A DNA stretch of 64,000 bases from an uncultured Candidatus Saccharibacteria bacterium (GTDB taxonomy: Bacteria; Patescibacteriota; Minisyncoccia; Phycocordibacterales; PALSA-1337). The translations under genes were made by a program, and so were the position numbers. The stretch covers positions 12,027 to 76,026 of the forward strand of contig CAYPPJ010000003.1 of the NCBI GenBank assembly GCA_964412585.1. Direction: 5' to 3'. The notes below the pieces were generated by a model. The model did not search any database. It was not told where the DNA came from and saw nothing but the letters and a program-made list of their open reading frames with translations. Shown piece after piece: positions 47,131 to 57,240 of this stretch. Each line of letters opens with the position of its first letter. Within the stretch, counting starts at the first letter, position 1.

Positions 47131-48924
47131 ATGGAACACCAACAAGATGAAGACAAAATAACTAAAGAAGGCATATATACAGGGTTCAAGGTCCTATTAA
47201 AATACCTCGGCCAATATAAGGGAAGGATTATCACTTTGAGTATCATGGGTGTTCTGTCCGCTATCGGCAATGGCGTTATTCCGTATATTGCTGGGCGTTT
47301 TTTCGATTCCATCATCAGTCCGAGTGTTGTCCATGTCCTTGGGTATACCTTACCTCTTTTTGTAAGCTTGTTAGTGATGTGGGCCGTCATTCAATGCATA
47401 ACGTATGTGCTCGACTGGCGAAGTACGATTTTGAGCGAATATCTATCGAACACCATCTGGCTCGACTATTTGGCAAACGGTTTTAGTTACCTCCTATTGC
47501 TGCCCATGTCTTTTCATAAGAAGAATAAGATTGGTGAAATAGGAAATAATATCAATACAGCCGCTGGCTCACTCGAAACTATTGCTGGCAGGATCGTTAT
47601 TGATTTGGCCCCACAGATTCTTTCAATTGTAATTGCGCTTGGTATCGCGTTCTACGTCAAGCCGATACTGGCTACATTCCTAATTATTGGTTTGATTATT
47701 TATGTTGTTGTACTTTTGCTTAAAGTAAGTCCGCTCGGCAAGATTCAGAAAGAATATTGGAGCGTTCTCATGAAAGGTTTTTGGGGTGACAGTTATGATG
47801 CTATCGGCAATACGCTGGCGGTAAAGCAAGCGACAGCTGAAGAATATGAGCGAGAAAAATTGTTCACAAATAGCCGTCAGGCAGTACCGCTCTGGATGAA
47901 AATGACCAACATTTGGGGATCGCTGACTCTCTATCAACGTTTTATTATCCTTGGAACGCAAATCATTATTTTTGTACTATCCGTTGCCTATATTCATCAA
48001 GGTTCGATGACGCTTGGAGAACTGCTTGCTTTCAATGCGTATGCCGCGATGATGTTTGGCCCGTTCGTCACTATTGCTCGCCAGTGGCAGACAATTCAAA
48101 ATGGCATTATTAATATTCAGCAGACTGAAAAAATATTAAAAACTGAACCAGAGAACTATGTCCCAAAAAATGCTATCAGTGCACCGGTTAAGGGGGATAT
48201 TTCATTTAGGAATGTATCTTTCCACTATGATGAAGGTAAACCAGTCCTCCAGAATATATCATTTGAGGTGCATGCGGGAGATGTGATAGCGCTGGTCGGA
48301 GAATCGGGCGTGGGCAAGAGTACACTTATAGACCTTATTTCAGCCTTCCATTTTCCGACTGAGGGTGAGATTCTCATAGATGGACATCCGATCAGGCAGT
48401 TGGACTTGAAGAAGTTTCGCTCCCAGATTGCCGTCGTTCCACAGGAGATCGTACTTTTCAATGATAAGATCAAAACCAATATTAAATATGGTAATTTCCT
48501 CGCGACTGATGCAGAGATGAAAGAAGCGGCACGCAAAGCTCATGCAGTCGATTTTATTGAAAAGTTTCCGGATACTTGGGATCAGATGGTTGGTGAGCGC
48601 GGCGTCAAACTCTCAGTGGGTCAAAAACAGCGTGTAGCTATCGCACGTGCTATCTTGCGCAATCCGCACATACTGGTTCTCGATGAGCCGACTTCGGCGC
48701 TTGATTCGGGTACAGAAAAAGTGATTACAGACTCTCTCAATGAACTTATGAAGGGGAGGACTACATTTATCATTGCGCACCGCCTCAGTACAGTGCGTAA
48801 GGCTGACACCATCCTTGTTTTCAAAGAGGGAATGATTGTTGAGTCGGGCATTCATGATGAGCTTGTAAAGAAAGAAGGCGGAGTCTATCGCAAGCTCTAT
48901 GACTATCAGATTGGACTTCACTAG
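47131..48924 (+). CDS. ABC exporter, fused permease/ATPase (MsbA/MdlA-like)
   Basis: 6 TM helices; GESGVGKST, LSVGQKQR, LVLDEPTSALD and IAHRLST motifs. Start could be 47122 or 47131. Confidence 0.93.
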   Translation: MEHQQDEDKITKEGIYTGFKVLLKYLGQYKGRIITLSIMGVLSAIGNGVIPYIAGRFFDSIISPSVVHVLGYTLPLFVSLLVMWAVIQCITYVLDWRSTILSEYLSNTIWLDYLANGFSYLLLLPMSFHKKNKIGEIGNNINTAAGSLETIAGRIVIDLAPQILSIVIALGIAFYVKPILATFLIIGLIIYVVVLLLKVSPLGKIQKEYWSVLMKGFWGDSYDAIGNTLAVKQATAEEYEREKLFTNSRQAVPLWMKMTNIWGSLTLYQRFIILGTQIIIFVLSVAYIHQGSMTLGELLAFNAYAAMMFGPFVTIARQWQTIQNGIINIQQTEKILKTEPENYVPKNAISAPVKGDISFRNVSFHYDEGKPVLQNISFEVHAGDVIALVGESGVGKSTLIDLISAFHFPTEGEILIDGHPIRQLDLKKFRSQIAVVPQEIVLFNDKIKTNIKYGNFLATDAEMKEAARKAHAVDFIEKFPDTWDQMVGERGVKLSVGQKQRVAIARAILRNPHILVLDEPTSALDSGTEKVITDSLNELMKGRTTFIIAHRLSTVRKADTILVFKEGMIVESGIHDELVKKEGGVYRKLYDYQIGLH

Positions 48925-50273
48925 TCCTGCAGGTGTGGCGTATTCGAGTCAGAACTATTACCCTCAGGTGGGTTAGATAGCGTCTCGTTCTCAATTTTTT
49001 CCAACTCTTTTTTGTTGGTAATAACTTTCCAAATAGCTTTGATGTGCTTCGTGATATGGTGTCCGTAGAAGTAATGGACGAGACCGGCCGCTATCAATAG
49101 AAGTATGATAATGAGTAATAGTGCCGTGGCGTGATTTTTTATAAATAAAGTAAACTCAAATGGCGTACTCACATCGATGGATGCATCTTGTACGTTTCCG
49201 GCACGATCAAAGGCTCGTACGATCAGGCGAGCGTGTTGGATGGTTTCAAACGGTATTTGGTAGGGGCTTTCGGTACGAAAAAAAGCAGGTGATTCGGTTG
49301 CGGGCTTGCTTTTATCGATGACACCGACTTCATAGTGGTCCACACCAGAGAGTGCATCGGTCGTGAAGAATGATACCAAGGCGCGGTTTATAACAGCTGC
49401 AGTGATGTAGTTTATTTCTGGAGTAAATTGTGCTGGGGGCTCCGTATCCACTTTAAACTCATAGTGCGTTGTTGCTCCCCAGGCATTATTTTTGAGGGCT
49501 TTGACGTGGAAATACCAGGTGCCATCGCCCACATTCTCATATGACTGGATAGCACCTGCTGTGTTGACTGTATTTTCGGGAATAGTATTTGGCTTGTTGT
49601 CGAATGAGGTGCTATATCCTGTTATTCCTGATTCCGTATTCCAGGTAAAGGACGGACTACTGTTGTTGTACCAGTGATCGTGAAATGGGTGCGTCTCGGA
49701 AGTTACGGTGACTCCACCAGGTGGGGTAGCTACCACGGTATAACGAGCACGGTTTGATTCGTATATGGCTGGCGATCCGACGCCATCACTTATGAGGACT
49801 CGGGAATTATTTCGGATACTCACTTCGCTGTTTCCGACGTTTTTTGCCCCAAATGTGATTGTGGCGATGAGGCCAGAACTGGTCGTGATGCCGCGGGGAA
49901 TGCCTCCAATAAAGGTAAGCGTACCATTGGTGTTGTCATATGAGGGGGCCTCAATCCACAGACCGATGACCGATGATCCTCCGGACGGTTTTATGACATT
50001 CAAGACATTGGGATCAAAGCTAATATGCAGTTCAAGTGCTCCAACACTGTTTCCTTTTGTGTCGAGGTAGATCGGGACCTCAAAGGTTGATCCTTGAGTG
50101 AATGTACCCGAAGGAGGTGATATAGAAATCTCAGTTTTTGGAATGGCGTCAGACGCATTGATGTTGACTGTTGTCTGCGCGTCCAGGGTCCGTGGTGGTG
50201 CGATGAAAATACCAATGCTGTATATTGCAATCAACACTACACATGAGTTGATGATGGATCGATGGGGTCTCAT
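48921..50273 (-). CDS. Cohesin-like + Ig-like membrane protein (third long-type paralog)
   Basis: ISFDP..L.V, SVIGLWIEAPSYDN, VLISDGVG, THP....WY, DGTWYFHV and SGVDHYEV motifs; C-terminal TM helix. Confidence 0.78.
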   Translation of the reverse strand: MRPHRSIINSCVVLIAIYSIGIFIAPPRTLDAQTTVNINASDAIPKTEISISPPSGTFTQGSTFEVPIYLDTKGNSVGALELHISFDPNVLNVIKPSGGSSVIGLWIEAPSYDNTNGTLTFIGGIPRGITTSSGLIATITFGAKNVGNSEVSIRNNSRVLISDGVGSPAIYESNRARYTVVATPPGGVTVTSETHPFHDHWYNNSSPSFTWNTESGITGYSTSFDNKPNTIPENTVNTAGAIQSYENVGDGTWYFHVKALKNNAWGATTHYEFKVDTEPPAQFTPEINYITAAVINRALVSFFTTDALSGVDHYEVGVIDKSKPATESPAFFRTESPYQIPFETIQHARLIVRAFDRAGNVQDASIDVSTPFEFTLFIKNHATALLLIIILLLIAAGLVHYFYGHHITKHIKAIWKVITNKKELEKIENETLSNPPEGNSSDSNTPHLQD

Positions 50274-50276
50274 GAA

Positions 50277-50735
50277 TTATTTCGAGCGGACAGGTCTCAT
50301 CTTCATCGGGTGAACATGGGCAGCGATGCCAATGGCCGCGGCGATGATTACCACATTTTTTATAATATACTGACCTTCAAGTGTTGGTACCAAAAAGCTG
50401 GACCAGGTTACCTCAGGAATCAGAAAGAGGGGGAGTATAGTGGTCAGCATATGTATAAATAGGAGAGGGATGACCACGCGCTCCATTCCTTTTATTAAAA
50501 ATAGGATACCGATGATGCACTCAAAGGCGCCGAATGCCACCATGAACGTATCGAATGGCATGATTGGCATCGTGTGCTCAAAAAGATTTTGTACCAATGG
50601 GCTAGCAGGAGAAAGAGCGAGAATTTTGAGAAAACCGAACCAGAAGAAAACGATGAAGAGACCAATACGTGCCACAGGAATACTCAATGTCCTGAATGCA
50701 TGGATAATTTCAACATCGAAAGTACGAAGGGACAT
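50277..50735 (-). CDS. DoxX/YkgB-like membrane protein
   Basis: RIGL.IVFFWFG.LK, E..IG and TLEGQYIIKN motifs. Confidence 0.8.
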   Translation of the reverse strand: MSLRTFDVEIIHAFRTLSIPVARIGLFIVFFWFGFLKILALSPASPLVQNLFEHTMPIMPFDTFMVAFGAFECIIGILFLIKGMERVVIPLLFIHMLTTILPLFLIPEVTWSSFLVPTLEGQYIIKNVVIIAAAIGIAAHVHPMKMRPVRSK

Positions 50736-50808
50736 GCCTCTATTGTACCGCGAAAAGTTGATGTTGAAAATTGGCTATATTTGATACAATATGGTTCTAT
50801 AGAGTCTT

Positions 50809-51555
50809 ATGTTATCCCCATTTCTCATATCTATTCTCGCATCGGTAGCCGCATTTGCGGGCGGAGCTATAGCGCTCCGTTTTCGGGATAAGTTACACAT
50901 CATTCTCGGGCTTTCTGCGGGTGCGGTTATTGGCGCGGCCCTCTTCGACCTTATTCCTGAGGCGATCGAACTTGGTGGGTCAGTATATTCTGCTGGTGAA
51001 GTATTGTCTCTCACCGCCATAGGTTTTTTTGTCTACCTTATTCTCGATCGTGCATTTTCGTTCCATGTACACAATGGTCACGACCATGATGTTGATGACC
51101 ATGCGTCAGAAGCGCAGTCGTCTCGAGGTTCGCTCGGAGCTGCAAGTTTTTGTTTGCATAGTCTTATTGACGGTGTTGCGATCGGCTTGGCATTTCAGGT
51201 ATCGAGCGTTATTGGGGCAGTAGTGGCTATTGCAGTCGTCGCCCATCGTTTTTCAGATGGTATCAACACAATTGGCGTCATCCTCAAACATCGTGGAAAG
51301 CATGCTGTGGCAAAAGGGTGGTTAACAGCCGTGGCGCTTGCTCCTATTGTTGGTACAGTTCTTACCTTTGCTGTTTCTGTGTCTGAGTCAGTACTCGCAA
51401 CGATACTCGCTTTGTTTGCGGGATTCTTCCTCTACATTGGTGCGAGTGATCTTATTCCCGAAGGGCATCATAGTCACTCAAAGATATTAACGACAGTCAT
51501 GACACTGGTTGGTGCAGCTATTTTGTATGTGATTGTGCATAGTTCGGGAGTGTAG
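50809..51555 (+). CDS. ZIP family metal transporter (ZupT-like)
   Basis: GLSAG, DLIPEA, His-rich loop, HSLIDG.AIG, AH..SDG and DLIPE motifs. Confidence 0.9.
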   Translation: MLSPFLISILASVAAFAGGAIALRFRDKLHIILGLSAGAVIGAALFDLIPEAIELGGSVYSAGEVLSLTAIGFFVYLILDRAFSFHVHNGHDHDVDDHASEAQSSRGSLGAASFCLHSLIDGVAIGLAFQVSSVIGAVVAIAVVAHRFSDGINTIGVILKHRGKHAVAKGWLTAVALAPIVGTVLTFAVSVSESVLATILALFAGFFLYIGASDLIPEGHHSHSKILTTVMTLVGAAILYVIVHSSGV

Positions 51556-51567
51556 TGATTTTCATAT

Positions 51568-51593
51568 AAAAAATGGCCGACAGGATGTCGGCC
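51568..51593 (-). terminator. Intrinsic terminator
   Basis: GGCCGAC...GTCGGCC stem with an A-tract on the plus strand. Confidence 0.6.
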
Positions 51594-51619
51594 GGATCTC
51601 ACACGGTACGTGAGTGTAA

Positions 51620-51832
51620 TCACGAAGTCGTATAACTGCAGATGGAGCACTTGGACCTGCCGGTGATTACACGCGGGTCAACCGGGAACAATGTCCCGGG
51701 GCAGCCTTGTTTCGGGCAACGGTCGTGAGTGATGACGTGTTGGTCTGATCTGCCACTGCCGTTACATTCAGGGCAATGGCTGTGTCCTTTTCCCTGGCAG
51801 GTACCGCAAGGGAGTGTCGTTTGCTGTGACAT
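51620..51832 (-). CDS. Small Cys-rich zinc-finger protein
   Basis: Two CxxCxGxG motifs plus CPxxxC...CxxC; upstream TTGACA-N17-TATTTT (51867-51895) and a downstream terminator. Confidence 0.65.
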   Translation of the reverse strand: MSQQTTLPCGTCQGKGHSHCPECNGSGRSDQHVITHDRCPKQGCPGTLFPVDPRVITGRSKCSICSYTTS

Positions 51833-51948
51833 AGTATGTGGTATGTGGGTTTGCTACGCTCAGATTAAAATAGAATTATTACGTTGTTTTGTCAATGTTT
51901 ATCGGTAATGGCTGTGGGCACCGCTTCTTTTATGGTAAAATAATATCA

Positions 51949-53259
51949 ATGTTGAAACCTCACATTGTTATTCTTGGTGCAGGATTTGGCGGCACATATG
52001 TGGCCAAGAAACTTGTGCCGTACGTACGAAAAGGGAAGATTGATGTCACCATCATCAACCGCACCAACTATTTTCTCTTTACGCCGTTGTTGCATGAGGT
52101 TGCTACAGGGGCCCTCTCGCCGAATAGTGTCGCTGAGCCACTTCGAGAAATTTTTTCAGGTACTGGCATACGAATTGCGCAGGGGATAGTAGAGACTATT
52201 GACCGAAAAACAAGGAAAGTAAAACTCTCTGGTCACGCAAGTGGGTGTGATGTGTCATATGATTACCTGGTTGTTGCGACAGGAGCTGAAACAAATTACT
52301 ACAACATTCTAGGTGCAGAAAAATTCTCGTATCCGCTCAAAAATTTGGCTGATGCCGCGCGCATTCGTTCTCAAGTCATTGACTCATTTGAACAGGCGAT
52401 CCTGACTACCGATCAAACCGAACGTACCCGTCTCCTTTCGTTTGTTGTCGTCGGTGGTGGTGCCACGGGCGTAGAAACGGCGGCTGAGTTGGCCGAATTT
52501 GTTCACGCGATGGTCAATCGCTACTACAACGGCGGTCCAGGGTGCGATCCCATGGACAAGCGCATCTGCAAACCTGAAGAGGTCAGTGTATCTCTTATAC
52601 ATACGGGTCCCGAATTGCTCCAGATGTTCAAACCCAATCTACGTGCGGCCGCCGAGAGGCGTCTGCGTCATAATAAGGTGAATATTCACCTCGGGAGTAC
52701 AGTGGCAGAAGTATCTGCACAAGGGGTAAAGCTCGCTACGGGGGAGATGCTTCAGGCGTCAACGGTTATCTGGGCAGCCGGCGTGAAGCCGATCATTCCG
52801 CATTTTGAAGAAATGCAACCGGCTCTGGTCATGGGACGACTCGCAGTCGATGAATTTTTCCGAGTCAATGGTGATGAACACATATTTGCCTTGGGGGACA
52901 ATGCGGGCTATGTCGATCGTCGAGCTTTGAATAGTGATCCGACAAAAACAGTTATGCTTCCGCTCTTGGCTCAGGTTGCCCAAAAAGAGGCAGGTATCCT
53001 TGCGAAAAATATTATTTCTTCAATACGGAACAAACCGCTCATTGATTTTCATTATCACTCAAAAGGCAGCATGGTTTCTGTGGGGCAGTGGTTTGCTATT
53101 GGTGAAATATTTTCGACCGCATGGTCTGGCCGTCTGACGTGGTGGCTGTGGCGCACGGTTTATTTGTTCAAGTTTGCATCATGGAAAAAACGTACACGTA
53201 TTGCATTCGAATGGACGCTCGACATGTTCTATCCTCGCGATATTACCAAGCTCACTTAG
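51949..53259 (+). CDS. ndh: Type II NADH dehydrogenase-family flavoprotein
   Basis: IVILGAGFGG, FLFTPLLHEVATG, YDYLVVATGA, VVVGGGATGVE.AAE, IWAAG and FALGD motifs; start 51949. Confidence 0.88.
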   Translation: MLKPHIVILGAGFGGTYVAKKLVPYVRKGKIDVTIINRTNYFLFTPLLHEVATGALSPNSVAEPLREIFSGTGIRIAQGIVETIDRKTRKVKLSGHASGCDVSYDYLVVATGAETNYYNILGAEKFSYPLKNLADAARIRSQVIDSFEQAILTTDQTERTRLLSFVVVGGGATGVETAAELAEFVHAMVNRYYNGGPGCDPMDKRICKPEEVSVSLIHTGPELLQMFKPNLRAAAERRLRHNKVNIHLGSTVAEVSAQGVKLATGEMLQASTVIWAAGVKPIIPHFEEMQPALVMGRLAVDEFFRVNGDEHIFALGDNAGYVDRRALNSDPTKTVMLPLLAQVAQKEAGILAKNIISSIRNKPLIDFHYHSKGSMVSVGQWFAIGEIFSTAWSGRLTWWLWRTVYLFKFASWKKRTRIAFEWTLDMFYPRDITKLT

Positions 53260-53289
53260 GTGATGTGTGAAGATGTCGTAAGTATATAT

Positions 53290-53322
53290 AAAAAGGCGCG
53301 ACCACCGAAGGCGGTCGCGCCT
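53290..53322 (-). terminator. Intrinsic terminator
   Basis: AGGCGCGACC...GGTCGCGCCT stem with an A-tract on the plus strand. Confidence 0.7.
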
Positions 53323-53341
53323 GTCCCACGTTTCTCCTCGA

Positions 53342-54280
53342 CTATCGCCTAAAGATACGTCGAAGAGTTTTGAAAGGAGCATCGCACGAAAAACCAATGA
53401 GCACTTGTTGCTCTTGTTCATTGATCTGAGCCGAACCATAGAGGAGATTTACGTCTCCACCACTCTGATCGAGTATGTGCGTCATGCGAACCGTCAACGA
53501 TGGTGATGTGTCATTACCCATGGTTTCGGTGAAGTAAAATCTGTACCCCATAGTAACCAGGGTGTAGCGATCAAAGGGAATGGTGACGCCTTGATCGCCG
53601 CGAATACTGCCTACCCGCGAGGAGAGGAACATCAGCCGCAGACGGGTGTCCGTGATACATAATGGCAGACCGTTCTTTCGCTTCCCGAAGGCGTGGGCAA
53701 AATAGCAGTAGGGATTGGCGTTGAGTGGATTTATTCCATATTTTGTCTGGTCAGAATGAATGAAGGATTCCACCCAGTTTTCATTGATCGTGACACTGTC
53801 TGGTGCCAGTGAATCTGGCTCCAGCTTGCCTTCGTCGGTGTTGAGTGTACCTTGAACAAACTTGACGCCAAAGTTGACCGCCGAATTTTCGGGTCGCTTG
53901 AGCCGATCAAAGTCGTACCATGAGGTGAACGCATCTATGAACGTGTCGCCAATGGTGTTGGCAAACCATTCCTCACCTTTGGACTCGGCTCGGTCCTGTC
54001 CGCCCCGGTGTTTGGTACCGAGCGTGGCTTTTGTGTTGTCGAACAAGGTCATTGGTCCGAAGAAACGCACCAGATTTTCCTGCCCGTTTCTACCGGATTC
54101 GTATTTGATCCAGTCAAACAGGTGCCAATGAGGATCGGGTTGAGCCGCAACCCACTCGTCAATGATGCGAACGGTGAAAGGTGACAGAGCGTCGTTTGGG
54201 GCGTTGGTATTTCCGGCCTGGGCATGTGGTGCGGTGCACAACAGCCCACTAATGAGTACTGCAATGCAAGGCATATTCAT
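53342..54280 (-). CDS. Hypothetical secreted protein with beta-strand-rich C-terminus
   Basis: Probable start MNMPCIAV with a signal peptide ending AQA; the track's start at 54397 lies inside a terminator. Confidence 0.6.
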   Translation of the reverse strand: MNMPCIAVLISGLLCTAPHAQAGNTNAPNDALSPFTVRIIDEWVAAQPDPHWHLFDWIKYESGRNGQENLVRFFGPMTLFDNTKATLGTKHRGGQDRAESKGEEWFANTIGDTFIDAFTSWYDFDRLKRPENSAVNFGVKFVQGTLNTDEGKLEPDSLAPDSVTINENWVESFIHSDQTKYGINPLNANPYCYFAHAFGKRKNGLPLCITDTRLRLMFLSSRVGSIRGDQGVTIPFDRYTLVTMGYRFYFTETMGNDTSPSLTVRMTHILDQSGGDVNLLYGSAQINEQEQQVLIGFSCDAPFKTLRRIFRR

Positions 54281-54395
54281 GACTACCATCCTTGGGTATT
54301 GGTTGTTTTCAAGCTTCAGAAGAGCCAAAGCTCCCGCAATACTAGCGCTCTGCAGGGAATGCGCAATATTGACGGAATTGCCTTTCTGGGACGTC

Positions 54396-54418
54396 AAAAA
54401 GCCGCCTCATGGCGGTTT
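54396..54418 (-). terminator. Intrinsic terminator
   Basis: AAAAAGCCGCC-TCAT-GGCGGTTT. Confidence 0.6.
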
Positions 54419-54498
54419 GTTATGTGTTTATATGTAGTGATAAAAATTCGCCGAACCAACGTGCTATTCGACGAACGATAGAGGCCAGTCGGCCACAT

Positions 54499-54795
54499 TT
54501 AGCTCGCTTCGAGCTTGAGAGGGGCAGACTGAGGTTGTGGCAGTTTCCATCCTTGCGGGCGATGCTTCACGTGTCCAAGTAGTGTGAAGTACCACAATGT
54601 CAGGCACAAACGGAGGGGCGAAATGTGTATCTCGTACTCCTGAAATCTTTTGTACAGCTCTGACGCTGTTGTACAGGATTCACTCTTGAGCTGGGTGAAA
54701 ATTATCTGCTTGATGTTTGCGCGCTGTATTTTGTGGGTGAAATAATACAGGGCATACACGACGCAGAGCACGGCAATGACGATGTACAGGTTCAT
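54499..54795 (-). CDS. Small hypothetical membrane-anchored protein
   Basis: N-terminal TM helix from MNLYIVIAVL; remainder weakly winged-helix-like. Confidence 0.5.
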   Translation of the reverse strand: MNLYIVIAVLCVVYALYYFTHKIQRANIKQIIFTQLKSESCTTASELYKRFQEYEIHISPLRLCLTLWYFTLLGHVKHRPQGWKLPQPQSAPLKLEAS

Positions 54796-54859
54796 GTGTT
54801 GGGTTCTCCTGTCATTATTATACTCCTCCTGCACAGTATGAAAATAGCCCGGTGTGTAT

Positions 54860-54893
54860 AAAAAAGCCGAACCGCGCATACGCAGCGGTTCGG
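54860..54893 (-). terminator. Intrinsic terminator
   Basis: CCGAACCGC...GCGGTTCGG stem with an A-tract on the plus strand. Confidence 0.7.
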
Positions 54894-54919
54894 GGTGAAA
54901 TGGACTCGGCAGGAAAAGA

Positions 54920-55255
54920 TCAGTTGGTTGCGCGCATCAACTTTGCGCGGTGATCGGCGAGGCGGAATTGCGCACGCAGGATGTCGCTCATGCGTTTACG
55001 CACTGGCTTTGGACTCACGCTTGCGGAGTCGCTGACACGAGTCATGTTGCGGACCGCGGCGTCCGCAGCCATTTCGAGCAAGGAACTCTCGGTCATAATG
55101 GTCTCTTTGATCCCTGTCTTGTGTCGCCAGGCGCCAGGGCCGTCTGAAAACTGCTTGACGACCCATTCGCCAGGATTTGGGCCTCGGCGGACGAGATAAA
55201 CGTTGACGTTACGGTTTTTTACCGTGTCACCAGGTTGGAAGGTTCTTTCAGCCAT
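54920..55255 (-). CDS. Hypothetical protein (KOW/SH3-like N-terminus possible)
   Basis: Probable start MAERTFQPGDTV; has its own promoter and terminator. Confidence 0.6.
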   Translation of the reverse strand: MAERTFQPGDTVKNRNVNVYLVRRGPNPGEWVVKQFSDGPGAWRHKTGIKETIMTESSLLEMAADAAVRNMTRVSDSASVSPKPVRKRMSDILRAQFRLADHRAKLMRATN

Positions 55256-55304
55256 AATGTTCTGTGCACTATGATGGGTTGAATTGTGAAGAGTGTTCGG
55301 TAAG

Positions 55305-55333
55305 ATATTAAAACATAATACTATATATGTCAA
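55305..55333 (-). promoter_or_regulatory. sigma70 promoter
   Basis: TTGACA-N17-TAATAT, then ACTCTTCACAAT 10 nt downstream. Confidence 0.7.
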
Positions 55334-55465
55334 TTCAATCGATAGCACACATTTTCGTCTCGAAATTTTCCGCGCTTACGCGCCAAAAATTCTCTCGATC
55401 CGAATTTTCTTAAGAAATGAAAATTCGCCATTTTGTTAAAAATAAGGTACTCTGAATCTTCAACT

Positions 55466-57004
55466 ATGGCCAAGAAATCCGTACAATCCACCTCACCAAC
55501 CAAGGCATTTACTGGCGACACTGTTGTGCGTTTTGACGAGGTTTCTTTTGAGTGGGGTCACAACAAGCCCATTCTCGATGAGGTTTCCTTCAGCGTGCGC
55601 CGGGGCACTAAGGTCACCATTATGGGGCAGAATGGGGCGGGCAAGACCACGTTATTCGGCCTCATTCTTGGAGACTACAAACCAGAGTCGGGAGAAATAC
55701 ACCTTGCTCAAGGTGCTACAGTTGCCACTGCACGCCAAGTCATTCCTCGCGACCAACTTGAGCTCACCGTTCGTGACTTTTTCGCCAACTGTTTTTCAGA
55801 GAAAGTATATGATATTGATCCGCGCATTGATGCCGTTCTCGAGGTGGTCAATCTGAGCACGCCAAAAGCCGGAACAAAGGGCGTAGTTGATACCAAAAAT
55901 CGTATCGTTAAAACCTTTTCAGGCGGTCAGCAGGCTCGTCTTCTCTTGGCATCAGCACTTATTCAGGATCCTGATATCTTGCTTCTCGACGAGCCGACCA
56001 ATAACTTGGACAAAGCGGGCATCGAGCATCTCACACAATTCCTCATTGATTACAAAAAAACCTGCTTGGTCATTTCCCATGATGCTGATTTCTTGAATGC
56101 ATTTACTCACGGCGTCTTGTATCTCGATGTGCACACCAAGAAGATTGAACAATATGTTGGTGACTATCATGATGTAGTTGAACAGATCTCAGCACGTATT
56201 GAAAAAGAAAATATGGATAATGCACGTCGTGAAAAGGAGATTGCAGAAAAGAAATATCAGGCCGGACTGTTTGCCCAAAAAGGAGGTCAGATGCGTTTGG
56301 TGGCCAAGCGTATGCGCGAAAAAGCGGAGGAACTTGAAGAGGAAATTGTTGAGGTGCGTAAAGAAGATCGTACCATCAAACCATTCAAGATTCCTGCCCA
56401 GCCGGAGCTTATCGGTGATATTATTTCCATCAATTCATATTCCATTCTCAATCCCAAGACACACAAACCGGTCAAGCGCACCTGTTCAGTACGTCTGCGC
56501 CGCAAAAACCATTTGCTGCTCGCTGGTCCCAACGGTATAGGGAAGAGTACGTTGCTGGAAAAAATTGTGAATGGTGCCGAAGGTGTGACGATTTTGCCGG
56601 GCACTCGCATCGGCTACTATCGTCAGGATTTCTCAATGATGGATTTTAACGATACAGTCTATCAGTCTCTCGAAAAAGTTATCCGCTCTGTTGAAGGACG
56701 TCTCATTGAAACAGAACTCCGTGCCGCGGCTGCTTCATTCCTTATCGGTGCTGATGCAATTCATACCAAGATCGCTTCACTGTCAGAAGGGCAGAAAGGC
56801 TTGGTTGCTTTTGCGCGTCTCGTTCTCCAGCGCCCGGGACTGCTTATTCTTGATGAACCAACCAACCATATAAATTTCCGCCACATTCCTGTGATCGCAA
56901 AAGCGCTCGATGAATATGAAGGTGCAATGATTCTCGTCTCTCACGTGCCAGAGTTTGTGAAGCAGATTCGCATTGATGAGGTGCTGGATTTAGAAAAAGA
57001 ATAG
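55466..57004 (+). CDS. ABC-F family ATPase
   Basis: Two NBDs (GQNGAGKTT / FSGGQ / LDEPTNNLD and GPNGIGKST / LSEGQ / LDEPTNHI) and no TM segments. Confidence 0.93.
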   Translation: MAKKSVQSTSPTKAFTGDTVVRFDEVSFEWGHNKPILDEVSFSVRRGTKVTIMGQNGAGKTTLFGLILGDYKPESGEIHLAQGATVATARQVIPRDQLELTVRDFFANCFSEKVYDIDPRIDAVLEVVNLSTPKAGTKGVVDTKNRIVKTFSGGQQARLLLASALIQDPDILLLDEPTNNLDKAGIEHLTQFLIDYKKTCLVISHDADFLNAFTHGVLYLDVHTKKIEQYVGDYHDVVEQISARIEKENMDNARREKEIAEKKYQAGLFAQKGGQMRLVAKRMREKAEELEEEIVEVRKEDRTIKPFKIPAQPELIGDIISINSYSILNPKTHKPVKRTCSVRLRRKNHLLLAGPNGIGKSTLLEKIVNGAEGVTILPGTRIGYYRQDFSMMDFNDTVYQSLEKVIRSVEGRLIETELRAAAASFLIGADAIHTKIASLSEGQKGLVAFARLVLQRPGLLILDEPTNHINFRHIPVIAKALDEYEGAMILVSHVPEFVKQIRIDEVLDLEKE

Positions 57005-57016
57005 CTCCTAAAGGGC

Positions 57017-57045
57017 TTGACTTTTTCCTTTTTTGGGACTATAAT
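57017..57045 (+). promoter_or_regulatory. Strong sigma70 promoter
   Basis: TTGACT-N17-TATAAT. Confidence 0.75.
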
Positions 57046-57050
57046 ACAGG

Positions 57051-57240
57051 TGTAAGATCTTTGAGGTGTGACTAATAGGGAATGGATTGATAGTGGTTGT
57101 ATCGGCTTTATGGCATTAACTCTACGTACGCAGTCGCCAGACAGCTTTCCGCCCCGATACAATTTCCACACTATCACTCCCACTCCCACTCAATTTTTTC
57201 ACTTTTGTTCTTTTCACCCCCCCCACACCTCTTTCTTACA
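57051..57240 (+). ncRNA. Candidate structured ncRNA (6S-like rod or a novel class)
   Basis: Lies between a promoter and a terminator; nested helices TGTAAGA/TCTTACA, GAGGTGTG/CACACCTC, TGATAGTG/CACTATCA and TTGTATCGG/CCGATACAA. Confidence 0.65.
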
